The translations under genes and the position numbers were made by a program. The notes under the pieces were generated by a model. It did no database searches, was not told where the DNA came from, and was given only the letters and a program-made list of their open reading frames with translations. Positions 43,722 to 53,100 of a stretch of DNA of 64,000 bases are shown in pieces (the stretch's first letter is position 1; the number at the start of each line of letters is the position of its first letter). Origin of the DNA: a virus; the IMG/VR virus record IMGVR_UViG_3300034122_002094. One strand, 5' to 3'.

Positions 43722-46688
43722 TCACCTAAAGTATTCGCTGAAGAGCGAAAATTCTCCAAGTTCTACCGCCCCCTTCAAAAACTTATTCAATTCGTCTTCA
43801 ATGGATGCGCCCTCTGGAGATCTCTCTTTTGCGAACACGCGGTGGAACGCCTGGTTCTTTTTGTACTCACCGATCTCGCGCTGGTAGTCAGTGATGTTCT
43901 GCTCGATGTCAATGGCGAAGTCGAAGCCACCAGTCATGGGGTTCACTGAGCCCACGGATGTGCGACGGTAGTTCGCTGTCAGTCCTGCTCTGGCCGCGTT
44001 GGTTTGCGCGTTGAGGCGTCCTCTGCCGCCCTCTGCCTTGGACATGGCGAACAGGCGCACAAGGCCTCCAAGCTCTCGCTTGGCGCCCACAAGGGCCTTG
44101 TCGTAGGCTTTCTCAATCTGCTCTGCTGGCTCCTTGTATACTGCATTGGCGACATCAACCAGCGCATCAGCCGCGCGACGCCCGAGGATCTTTGGTGACA
44201 GCTCGACGTCCTTCTCCAGCGCATCAAGGTTGTCGATCAAGGAGCGATAAAGCTTTTTGATACGGAAGGCGACATTGTTCTTATCTCTGACCAGAGTCAG
44301 GTTCTTGACTTTGTAGTTGGAGTTGAGCTTCTCGACATCCTGCCTGATCTCAGCCAGAGCGGCAGCGTAGTGCTCGTGGTTCTTTTGATGCTCCTTGACC
44401 ATCTGGAGAACGCGCGACTGAATGCGTCCGTTGGCCTGAGAAAGGTGATAGTTCATCTTTCTCAAATCAGCGTAAGTCTTGGCGATTGTATTGGTGATTT
44501 GAGAGACATGCTCTTGATATGTCTTGAGCCTTGCACCACCGCTTCGCTTGAAGACTCGGGAGCTGCGGTTCCACAGCTTGCGCTCGCGATAGAACTCTTT
44601 GATCTCGTCAGCCGGGAAGCGGATGGCTGTCGGGCCGCTCTTTCGAGCTGGCACAGCGGCCTGAGCCTCTCTGGCAGACTTGACCGCCTGACTCTGCTGG
44701 TAGCGATAGGTCCATCGCATGTCCTCGTTGTCAGTCGCAAAGATCTCGTTGAGCGTGCGCGCGAGCAGCATCATCTCATCGAGACCTGCCTCGCTGTCAC
44801 GCTTCGAGGCGTTGAGGGAGCCTGTAACGGCGAGCAGGTTCTGAGGCAGCGTCTGTCCAGCTCGGACGTATGCGTTGACGTGGTCTCCCTGAGGGCTCTC
44901 AAAGCCCTGTGAAGGGTTTCTCAGGATGGGGACGAGGTTGGAGTTGACTCCGACAAACCTCTCGTCCTGGCGCACGTCCTTGCGGTCGTAGACAGCCTGG
45001 AGGGTCTGTCCATCCTTACCCTTGACGAGGAACCGCTGCTCCATCTCATAAAATAAGGTCATATCCCTTGAGAACTCTGCTGGCAAGATCGAGTAGAGGA
45101 TGTCGTTGACCTTTCGCTCCATCGAATCGCCAGACCCAAAGACAAGTCGCTCTGATGTCTTGTCACCGCGTCCATAGATCGACATGGGGACGACGAGGTT
45201 CTGGATGTCAACCTGCGCAGTCTTCTTCGTGAGTCGATCGCGGATCATGCCCTCCAGGCTCTTGACCATCAGCAGTCGAGACTGTGTGGTCAACGCACGA
45301 GAATATGCTCCATCCTTGAAGATGTCGTTGACGGCAGCCTGATTGGCCCTGAAGGACACGTCAGGGATGTCGACGAACGCTGCAAAGAGCAGCTTTGAGA
45401 TGGTTGAGAGATCGGTGTCATCAAAGATCGACTCCTTGGATCCGTTTGCCATGATCAGGTGAACGTCCTTCAGGATGTCCTTTGAGTCACGCGCCATCTT
45501 GCGGGACTCACCAGCCTTGCCCCTGAGATGGCGCAGCTCGACTGCCTCCTTGTACTCTCTGGAGTCCTTGTCGTATGGCGTCGGCAGGTTGGTTCCTCGG
45601 GCGTTCATGAAGTAGTATCCAGCGATGTCAACTGGATTGTTCTTGAACTTGTGAGCCAAGGTCTTGAGCTGCTGAACCTGCTTCTTCGGATCATCGTTGA
45701 ACAGCTTCAGGAACTCTCCGATATTCAATGTGTCTCTGGACTTTTTGACCTTGTGAGCGTCGGCGGGAGATCGCACCATGACACCAGATCCGGTCATGGT
45801 AATGTCAATGTCCTGAAGCCACTTGGACTGAAGCACACGAGCATCCATCTCAGTCTTGAGTGTTGCAAAGGCTGCCTCTCTCTCGGCGAGCGGCGCGTCA
45901 GCCAGATCAATCACAGTCTGGATCTTATCCAGAGCGTCAGTGATCACAGCCGATCGATCCAGTCCTGTACCAAAGAGGTCACCGCCACCAGTCCCCTCTG
46001 CATCGCCAGACAGCGCCTGAACGATACGCGAGAGCGCCTGGAAATCTGGATCGACGTGCTGGGCAAGGTTCTCAGTCGCCTTCTCAAGCCCCTCTCCACC
46101 GAGCAGGTTCTGGGACATCGCTGCGAAGTAGTCGTTGACCTTGTCTCGCGTGATGAAGGCCTGACCAGACTGATCCTTCTGTGTGAAGCTGTTTGCATAG
46201 AAGCGACGATCGCCGCCACGATCCGAAGCGACCTCGAACTTTACAGAATCAAGGCGCTGTACGATCGTCTCGTACATCTCGTTGAAGCGACGAAGGTATG
46301 TGAGCTCCACAGGGAGAGTAATCACTGTGAAGGAGGTCACAGTCTGGAACGCCGAGCTCTGGATAGAGAGAAACGCCTTGAGGTCGTTGATGCCAGCCTG
46401 AACCTTGACGATGCCGTCAGCAGCGTCTTGCTTGTACTCGAAGAATTTGTTGTTGATGAGCTGGCCATGCACGTTCGCACGGTGAGCGCTGATCACAATA
46501 CCAAACTCGTTCTCAAACACAGCTCGGATCGCCTTGGGGCTGACAGAGCTGAGCGGATCTGTCGCGTGCGACTTGACCTTCTTGGCCAGATTCGCAAGCT
46601 TTCGATCAATGCCCTGGAGGCGGTTCTTGATCGCCGTCTCCTTCGAGGCACTTGTAGACTTCGAGGCACTGCCAGCCTTCTTAGCCAT
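43722..46688 (-). CDS. Large hypothetical protein (~988 aa) in the neck gene cluster
   Basis: Long ORF with phage codon usage; no motif recognised. Confidence 0.75.
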   Translation of the reverse strand: MAKKAGSASKSTSASKETAIKNRLQGIDRKLANLAKKVKSHATDPLSSVSPKAIRAVFENEFGIVISAHRANVHGQLINNKFFEYKQDAADGIVKVQAGINDLKAFLSIQSSAFQTVTSFTVITLPVELTYLRRFNEMYETIVQRLDSVKFEVASDRGGDRRFYANSFTQKDQSGQAFITRDKVNDYFAAMSQNLLGGEGLEKATENLAQHVDPDFQALSRIVQALSGDAEGTGGGDLFGTGLDRSAVITDALDKIQTVIDLADAPLAEREAAFATLKTEMDARVLQSKWLQDIDITMTGSGVMVRSPADAHKVKKSRDTLNIGEFLKLFNDDPKKQVQQLKTLAHKFKNNPVDIAGYYFMNARGTNLPTPYDKDSREYKEAVELRHLRGKAGESRKMARDSKDILKDVHLIMANGSKESIFDDTDLSTISKLLFAAFVDIPDVSFRANQAAVNDIFKDGAYSRALTTQSRLLMVKSLEGMIRDRLTKKTAQVDIQNLVVPMSIYGRGDKTSERLVFGSGDSMERKVNDILYSILPAEFSRDMTLFYEMEQRFLVKGKDGQTLQAVYDRKDVRQDERFVGVNSNLVPILRNPSQGFESPQGDHVNAYVRAGQTLPQNLLAVTGSLNASKRDSEAGLDEMMLLARTLNEIFATDNEDMRWTYRYQQSQAVKSAREAQAAVPARKSGPTAIRFPADEIKEFYRERKLWNRSSRVFKRSGGARLKTYQEHVSQITNTIAKTYADLRKMNYHLSQANGRIQSRVLQMVKEHQKNHEHYAAALAEIRQDVEKLNSNYKVKNLTLVRDKNNVAFRIKKLYRSLIDNLDALEKDVELSPKILGRRAADALVDVANAVYKEPAEQIEKAYDKALVGAKRELGGLVRLFAMSKAEGGRGRLNAQTNAARAGLTANYRRTSVGSVNPMTGGFDFAIDIEQNITDYQREIGEYKKNQAFHRVFAKERSPEGASIEDELNKFLKGAVELGEFSLFSEYFR

Positions 46689-47571
46689 GATCGGGATCCT
46701 CTGTAAGGCAGGTATCGGGGCAAGGGTAGATCTTCTTGAAGTCACATGGTGACAGCATACGTCGAGTGTTCCACTCTCTTACCAGAGTGAGCATGTTGTC
46801 CTGGAGCTTGTCTCCAATCGCTCTTGTCGATGGAGGAAGCCTTGTCTTGTGGGCGATGTAGGTGGCGAGCGTTCGCAGCGCGGTTGCCTTCCATCGCTCA
46901 GAGAAGTGCGCCTGACCATTGCCAGTCTTATCCGCAACCTCAGAGGCAAAGACACCCGAGTAGATGTAATACGCCGACAAGAACTCGGCGACCATCTTGA
47001 TCGCTGGCGGGATGTCTGGCGATACGAACAGACGGTCCTCACCTGGCTGGAGGTAGTGTAGACGACCTCCAGCGCACATGTTGTCGATGTCGATCTCGGT
47101 GTTCTCCAGGAAGTATTCTGCGTCGTCGTTCGAGATGTCAACCTCGAAGTCGATCTTCACGACAGATCCTCTCTGGAAGGTGCCGATCCATGCCGTACTC
47201 GGGATCGTGATGAGCCCCTGGTAATCAAAAGAGGCGCCGATGGAGCCCGAGCCGTAAAGGATCTGGCGCTCATCGTAACCATCCAGCGTCCATCGGTTGT
47301 GGTATACATCGAAGTCTGTCGGCGAGCTGAAGACAATCTGGAGCTGCACTCGGCCCGCCAGCGATGAGGCATAGGTCAGGACAGCCCAGTTGAAGCCGCC
47401 AACAAAGTCCGTCGCGCCCTTCTGGTTGTTTCGGAACTGATTGCCCGCTGCGACGTCAGCGCGCATCTCGACTGTCACTCGCTTGAAGGCGTTCTCGCTA
47501 AAGCGAACACCCTCGCGTCCCGAGGAGCGAAGGATCTTCTTTACGTCGTTCAACGTGCAATATGTAGGCAT
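46681..47571 (-). CDS. Head-tail adaptor-like protein
   Basis: MPTYCTLNDVK N-terminus and ...DID...IPPAIKMVAEFLSAYYIY, similar to Mu gp36-like adaptors. Confidence 0.6.
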   Translation of the reverse strand: MPTYCTLNDVKKILRSSGREGVRFSENAFKRVTVEMRADVAAGNQFRNNQKGATDFVGGFNWAVLTYASSLAGRVQLQIVFSSPTDFDVYHNRWTLDGYDERQILYGSGSIGASFDYQGLITIPSTAWIGTFQRGSVVKIDFEVDISNDDAEYFLENTEIDIDNMCAGGRLHYLQPGEDRLFVSPDIPPAIKMVAEFLSAYYIYSGVFASEVADKTGNGQAHFSERWKATALRTLATYIAHKTRLPPSTRAIGDKLQDNMLTLVREWNTRRMLSPCDFKKIYPCPDTCLTEDPDHG

Positions 47572-48032
47572 TACTGATCACTCCATTGCCAGACAGCGAA
47601 TGTTGCCGCGCATACAGCGAAACCCAGCGCCTGGTTTACCTGGGTCTTCTCGAAAAAAGGCTGCTCCCTCTGAGCGAGCTTTGAAAGCTCTCGGTGAGCC
47701 TGTCGCCTGTCTTCGACGCAGACAGAGAGATCTTGTTTACGATCAGCCGCCAGCTCACTGAGCTTCTCGATCGCGATGCGCTGCTGATCGATGATGTCTC
47801 GCTGATATGGCATCTTGAGACGACACTCGGACAGCTCGCCTTCTCGCTCCCTGGCCTTGTCCTCACTGACAAGGACGTAGATCTCGCCGTCCAGCTCAAC
47901 GGCCAGTGGGACGATACCCTTGTCGTCGTACACGTCTTTATAGATGCGCTTCTTTGTGTCGGCGTCGGCTGCAAAAGCCAGAAGGGTCGTGACGACCACT
48001 GCCGTCACGACCCTCACTGTATCAATCTTCAT
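47571..48032 (-). CDS. Secreted coiled-coil membrane protein (spanin-like)
   Basis: Signal peptide, coiled coil, hydrophobic C-terminus; third gene of a membrane-protein trio. Confidence 0.45.
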   Translation of the reverse strand: MKIDTVRVVTAVVVTTLLAFAADADTKKRIYKDVYDDKGIVPLAVELDGEIYVLVSEDKAREREGELSECRLKMPYQRDIIDQQRIAIEKLSELAADRKQDLSVCVEDRRQAHRELSKLAQREQPFFEKTQVNQALGFAVCAATFAVWQWSDQ

Positions 48033-48376
48033 TTGTTGAGAGCCTCGCTGATCTCTCGTGGGGTCATCCCCCGCACCCTCGCTCGCCGCTCATTGTCGAG
48101 TCGCACCATGTCGAGCTCTTTCTCTGCGACTCTGGCGAGCGCCTCCTCGGCCTGAGCCTGGACCTTGCTGTCGCGTTGCTCGATGACGATCTGCTCGCGA
48201 ACAAGGATGTCATCAAGCTTCTTGTCTCGATACTGGTCCAGCGTCTCTTTGTACTTCTCCTGCTTGGAGCTTGACCCAAAGCCGCGCGCGACGTAGGCCA
48301 GGACTGCACAGAAGGCGAACAAGACAAACCAGCGGATCTGGCCCCAAAGGGTCTGGATCTGTTCTGTGTCGATCAT
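48029..48376 (-). CDS. Inner-membrane spanin-like protein
   Basis: One N-terminal TM helix followed by a charged coiled coil. Confidence 0.5.
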   Translation of the reverse strand: MIDTEQIQTLWGQIRWFVLFAFCAVLAYVARGFGSSSKQEKYKETLDQYRDKKLDDILVREQIVIEQRDSKVQAQAEEALARVAEKELDMVRLDNERRARVRGMTPREISEALNK

Positions 48377-48759
48377 AGCGGATTCTCCGGCTCGTCGTAG
48401 CTCTTACCAGTGGATGCCTCAAGACGCTGGAAGGTCTTGTCGATGGCCCACTGGATGATGCCTTTGAGGGCGTTGTAAGAGAAGGAGACCAGCGCCGCGA
48501 GCACCAGAGAGTGCTTGACAATCGTCTGCCAGTCCTGCCCCGTAGAGGTCAGCAGGTGCATGGCAAACGATGCGACGAGGCTCGACATTGTCAGGAAGGT
48601 CTTCTTTGCTCCAGCATGGACCTTCATGTCGAACAGGCTCCTCAGGATCGACACCGCCATCAGAACAGGAAGCCCGAGGATGGGATCGAAGCCGAGGATT
48701 GCTGTGAGAGCCTTCTGAAGCTCTCCTAGCTGAGAGAGGTAGCTGAGGATGGTTTCCAT
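48373..48759 (-). CDS. Holin-like membrane protein
   Basis: 128 aa, about three TM segments, charged C-terminal tail. Confidence 0.55.
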   Translation of the reverse strand: METILSYLSQLGELQKALTAILGFDPILGLPVLMAVSILRSLFDMKVHAGAKKTFLTMSSLVASFAMHLLTSTGQDWQTIVKHSLVLAALVSFSYNALKGIIQWAIDKTFQRLEASTGKSYDEPENPL

Positions 48760-48786
48760 TTTTTACTCCCCCTCTCGAAGAGGGTG

Positions 48787-49350
48787 TCAGTCGCCCTTGG
48801 GGCTGTCATCACTGTCTGCGGCAGCCTCCTTGCGGGGACGGCCTCCCTTGCGCTTCGCTGGCGCCTCAACCGCATCGAGCTCAGGAGCGGGGTCAGCCGC
48901 CACCTGAACGGGCTCCGGGGCATCGACGAGCCGTGGCTCGCTCACTGTGCCCTGTGGGCGCGTCTTCGGCCCCTCCATCTCAAGCTTGAGACGGGCCAGA
49001 CGGGCCTCCTCCTCTGCCACCACATGCGGGACGCCGTGGGCCAGATCCTCGTTGCGGCGCCTCTCGATTGCCAACAGGTCAGACGGCGAAGGCTTGTTCA
49101 GATTCGGGAAGCGATCCTCCAGGGTCTGGTGCTTCACGTCCTGGAGATCGGCCTCGTCACAAACGAGGATGCGGGTGCGCTTGTTGATCTCTGCTGCGCT
49201 CTGAGCGACGTGCGACGCCGCAACAGGGATCCCGCGCAGGATCTGATCATAGCGCGGGTGATCTGGTCTGATGACATCACCGATCTTCAGGTTGCAGCCT
49301 GCGACGATCAGGTTCTTGCCAGCGAGGATCTGAATGTACTTCTTGCTCAT
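48787..49350 (-). CDS. Hypothetical protein downstream of capsid
   Basis: ORF with KRKGGRPRK basic tail. Confidence 0.7.
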   Translation of the reverse strand: MSKKYIQILAGKNLIVAGCNLKIGDVIRPDHPRYDQILRGIPVAASHVAQSAAEINKRTRILVCDEADLQDVKHQTLEDRFPNLNKPSPSDLLAIERRRNEDLAHGVPHVVAEEEARLARLKLEMEGPKTRPQGTVSEPRLVDAPEPVQVAADPAPELDAVEAPAKRKGGRPRKEAAADSDDSPKGD

Positions 49351-49371
49351 TTACATGCCTTTAGACAGATA

Positions 49372-49393
49372 AGGGGGCGCCGAAGCGCCCCCT
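49372..49393 (-). terminator. Hairpin/terminator after the major capsid gene
   Basis: AGGGGGCGC-TTCG-GCGCCCCCT followed by TAT on the minus strand. Confidence 0.6.
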
Positions 49394-49415
49394 GGGTTAG
49401 ACTCGGGCCTCAAGC

Positions 49416-50708
49416 TCAGTAGAAGAGCTCACAGACCATGTGCGCGTTGCCGACGTTGAGGCGAGGCAGCATGTTGATACCCATGAGGGTCCACAGCATC
49501 TTCGTCTCCTTGTCGAGCTCATCGATCGTCTGCATGAACAGGCCAGGCTTCGGATCGCGCTGAGCGCTGGTGATGGAGTCGAGCGCGCGGGTCGACACGA
49601 TCTCCAGCCAGTTCTCGCGGAGCTCGCCGTCAGGCTGCGCCTCCAGACCGAGGTCGAAGGGAGCCTCTGGGTTGGTGCCCAGGATGACGCCGAGGCCCTC
49701 GGGCACCGTGTACTTGTTGACGTGGACGTCGTCACCGATCGCATACGCGAGGGTCGTCACGCCAGTCAGCGTCAGGGTGCGGCCAGAGACGGACGCGATC
49801 TCAACGATCTCGTTCGCGCCGTCCGAGATGCGGACCAGACGAGCCTGATCACCAGCAGCCCAGTCGTAGGGGTTCTGGACGGTGACCGTCGAAGCGCCAG
49901 CCGACACTGTCGCCGTGATGTACGTCACGCTTGGCAGACGGTCATACGACTCCACGATCTCCAGGTCGCCGATGTAGTCGCGGATGAACGCCGCGACAGA
50001 CGGGTTGTTGCCGCTGAACGCCTGGTAGTTGTTCACAGCGAACTGCTGGAAGAAGTCGTGCGTGCGCAGCTTCATCCATGTGCTGTTCGGGAGGAGCAGC
50101 TTCGACGGGGTGTAGTCCGAGTGCTTGCGATAGTGGTTCGTCCAGTTCGCGATGTCCTCGACAACCTTGGCGTTGGCGTTGTCGTCCCACGAGACCTGGG
50201 CCTGCACCTCGAAGTCAGGCGAGTGGTTCAGGTAGTCCCACTGGACCGACTGACCAGCCGTCTTGAGCTGACCGACCACGCGGTTGTAGAAGATCACGTC
50301 ACGGATCATCTGCTCCTTGCGGACTGCCAGACGATACATGAGCTTGCGCTCCTTCGCTGCATGGAGCTCATCGAGCGCCGTCAGGGCGTCATAGGTGCCG
50401 ACCTTACGACGATCGTAGATCTCGATGTGCGAGGTGCCGACCTTCTCCTTCCAGACGGGGATCTCGGACTCGACCTTGCTGCGACGATTCGATGTACGAA
50501 TCGCGTCAGCCATCGCTCCGATACTCGACAGCGGTGTCATACCACCGAAGTCTTGCATCACGATTTCCATCTCGATGCGGTCCTTGTCGTACTGGTTGAC
50601 CGGGATCATCGGCGAGAACAGGAAGCGTGGGTTGAACGCCTGCCAGCGCTGCATGATGCCGTCGATATTGTCGGTGCGGAAGTGTGGGGCGTTGATCAGA
50701 GCGCTCAT
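49416..50708 (-). CDS. Major capsid protein (lambda E-like) with inserted beta domain
   Basis: Follows protease and decoration genes; RKEQMIRDVI, SWDDNANAKVVEDI and MGINMLP segments; strongly biased codons. Confidence 0.85.
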   Translation of the reverse strand: MSALINAPHFRTDNIDGIMQRWQAFNPRFLFSPMIPVNQYDKDRIEMEIVMQDFGGMTPLSSIGAMADAIRTSNRRSKVESEIPVWKEKVGTSHIEIYDRRKVGTYDALTALDELHAAKERKLMYRLAVRKEQMIRDVIFYNRVVGQLKTAGQSVQWDYLNHSPDFEVQAQVSWDDNANAKVVEDIANWTNHYRKHSDYTPSKLLLPNSTWMKLRTHDFFQQFAVNNYQAFSGNNPSVAAFIRDYIGDLEIVESYDRLPSVTYITATVSAGASTVTVQNPYDWAAGDQARLVRISDGANEIVEIASVSGRTLTLTGVTTLAYAIGDDVHVNKYTVPEGLGVILGTNPEAPFDLGLEAQPDGELRENWLEIVSTRALDSITSAQRDPKPGLFMQTIDELDKETKMLWTLMGINMLPRLNVGNAHMVCELFY

Positions 50709-50789
50709 TTATTCACCTTGTCTGCCACTTGGGCTTTGAAGACTTGTTGGTTGTACTGCCAAAGGGCGCCTTGCGGCGCCCAGTTAATG

Positions 50790-51212
50790 TCAGCCGATGC
50801 TGTCGAGGTTGGCGTTCGGGACGAACGTCAGGTTCTTGGCATCTGCGGTCACGAAGCCCGAGCCCACCAGGAGCTGAGCGAGCGACACGGGACCGGAATA
50901 CTGGACACCGGCCTCAATGTCGTTGGACGAGCCGTAGCGCGTCAGGTCGATGTCATACTGCAAGACCACAGCGTGCTCCTCGTTCGCGCGACCATCGACG
51001 GCGGACGAGTCGAAGTGGGCGTACAGGCCCGAAGCGCTGATGCGTGTCAGGACGAGGCCTGCGCGCAGCGTTGTGGTCGGCGTGTGGCCACCGACTGCAT
51101 CAGCAGCGACGCTGGCGTCGATGAAGACGGTGCAGGTGCCGCGCTCGTTCTGATTGGGGACGACGCCGTAGCGCTCGATGCTGACTGCCTCAGCCGTGTT
51201 TGTGCGTGCCAT
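50790..51212 (-). CDS. Head decoration protein
   Basis: TLRAGLVLTRISASGLY...DG...AVVL, lambda gpD-like; precedes capsid. Confidence 0.75.
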   Translation of the reverse strand: MARTNTAEAVSIERYGVVPNQNERGTCTVFIDASVAADAVGGHTPTTTLRAGLVLTRISASGLYAHFDSSAVDGRANEEHAVVLQYDIDLTRYGSSNDIEAGVQYSGPVSLAQLLVGSGFVTADAKNLTFVPNANLDSIG

Positions 51213-51274
51213 TCATATCACCTTGTCATGGGCGCTATGGCGCCCTGTTGTTTCTTGAGAAGACCGAGGTAGGA

Positions 51275-53098
51275 TCAGTACCAGGGGTTGATGCCAGGCT
51301 CTGCGGGACGGCCCTTGAGGCTCGAAGCCTTCACAGGAGGCTCACCCGTAGGAGCGGCCTGCTGAGGCGCGACCGGCGCGAGCACCTTCTTCTGGAAGTT
51401 GCCCTTGTCGTCACAGCGCTGCCAGAAGCTGACAGGGATCTCGGAGGCCTGGCTGAACTTCTGACCGTACAGCTCCTCAAGCCACTGGCGGTTCGCAGAG
51501 AACATCTGCGTCTGCTGCTCAGCGCTGAAGCGGGTGCGGAAGGTGTCAGGCTTCGACGGATCGAGCGGGGTGACCTCGCTTGCCTTGACCTGCTCTGGGG
51601 TCGGCGCAGCCACAGGGGTGACCTCAGCGACCTTGGTCTCATCCACAGGCTTGCCGAGACGAGCCTCGTTGGGCAGCGAGTCGAAGATGGCCTTGGCCAG
51701 ATCCTTCAGCTCAAACTGCTTGTCGCCGGTGACCGTCGAGAACTTCAGGGTGTGCGCGTCGGGGTGGACCGAGAGCAACAGCTCGCTCATGGCCTTGATT
51801 GGCGCCTCGTGGTGACCATCGGTGCGCAGCGCCTGAGCGAAGAGATCGATGCTCTGCTGATAGCTGAGCTGCGCGTTCTCCATCGCCTTCTTGCGGAGCT
51901 CGACCTGCTCAGACTCCAGACGGGCCTTCTCGGTCTGGAGCATCGAAGCCTTGGCTGTCTGCTCGCGGGCGAGGCGGTCGTTGGCGATCGAGAGCTCCAG
52001 CATCTTGCGATAACCAGCGATCTGCTTCTGGTCCTCGACATCGGTCGAGAAGGTCGCCGAGAGCTCGTCCATCTTGGCGAGCTGCTCTGCCGGTGTTGCG
52101 AGGGCGCTGAGCGTCACGAACAGTTGCATGAACTTCATCTTGTCTTCCTTCTCTTCTGCTGGCGTGGCCAGGGGGTCAATGTCGTTTTTTGACAAATTGA
52201 CCGGGGGGTTATTCAAATCGTTGCCAATAGGCGGGTTGATGGGCTCGCTGGCCGCGACGTCGCTGTACTCTTCGTCCTCATCATCACCAGGCTCCGGCTC
52301 AAGGTCCGGCATCTCATCTTCGTCGCCCTCCTCCTCGTCACCCGGATCAGAAGCCTTCGCCGCGCCCTTTGGCTTGGAGCTCTTCTTGTTCTCGCGAACG
52401 AACGTGACGAAGTCGGATCCATCGTCGATACCGACGAGACCAGACATCTCGACAGGAGCTGCGCCATCTACCGAGAGGCTGATGGGCGCGAGGTCCGGGA
52501 TGAACGGACGGTTTGTGAGTGCTCCTGACAACAGACAATACCCCTTCGGATCTTCCATCTCGTACTCAGAAGTGTCATCTTCTGGGCTGATCTGTCTGCT
52601 GCGGCGCACCTTCTCCTGGCTTTGGTACTGGAGCGCCATCTCGACGCTGAAGAACTTGTAGCGACGGTCCTTGACCAGCGCGTAGCCGAGCGAGTTCAGA
52701 TTGACCTTGCCGACCAGCACATAACAGGTGCGCGCCACGCCATCAGGATCGGTGTACGTCTTGTTGCGGATGTAGAGCGCGTCGTCTGCATCATCGAGCC
52801 ACGCCACCGCACCCACAGAACCTGGGTTGTGATCCAGATCAAACGAGAGTGGGGTGTGCGGACGGCCAGCGTTGCGGTTGTCGACGATCTGCTGGAGCTG
52901 CTGACGACCGAGCTTGATCTCTCGCCACCAATACTGGTAGACGCCTGTGCGGAGCATCTCGATCTCAACCGGATACGTCTCGCCAGGGTTGATGGAGAGT
53001 GGTGCGTCGTCGGGGAGCTGGATGCCGCCCTTGTTGAGCTGCACAATGGACTTTGGCCCCCTGGCTGGTCCCTTGCGCTTGTCCTTATTCATACCCAT
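51275..53098 (-). CDS. Prohead protease / scaffold (Mu gpI-like)
   Basis: FDLDH, GAVAW, YKFFSVE and GALTNRPFI motifs; acidic linker and coiled-coil C-terminus. Confidence 0.88.
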   Translation of the reverse strand: MGMNKDKRKGPARGPKSIVQLNKGGIQLPDDAPLSINPGETYPVEIEMLRTGVYQYWWREIKLGRQQLQQIVDNRNAGRPHTPLSFDLDHNPGSVGAVAWLDDADDALYIRNKTYTDPDGVARTCYVLVGKVNLNSLGYALVKDRRYKFFSVEMALQYQSQEKVRRSRQISPEDDTSEYEMEDPKGYCLLSGALTNRPFIPDLAPISLSVDGAAPVEMSGLVGIDDGSDFVTFVRENKKSSKPKGAAKASDPGDEEEGDEDEMPDLEPEPGDDEDEEYSDVAASEPINPPIGNDLNNPPVNLSKNDIDPLATPAEEKEDKMKFMQLFVTLSALATPAEQLAKMDELSATFSTDVEDQKQIAGYRKMLELSIANDRLAREQTAKASMLQTEKARLESEQVELRKKAMENAQLSYQQSIDLFAQALRTDGHHEAPIKAMSELLLSVHPDAHTLKFSTVTGDKQFELKDLAKAIFDSLPNEARLGKPVDETKVAEVTPVAAPTPEQVKASEVTPLDPSKPDTFRTRFSAEQQTQMFSANRQWLEELYGQKFSQASEIPVSFWQRCDDKGNFQKKVLAPVAPQQAAPTGEPPVKASSLKGRPAEPGINPWY

Positions 53099-53100
53099 CG

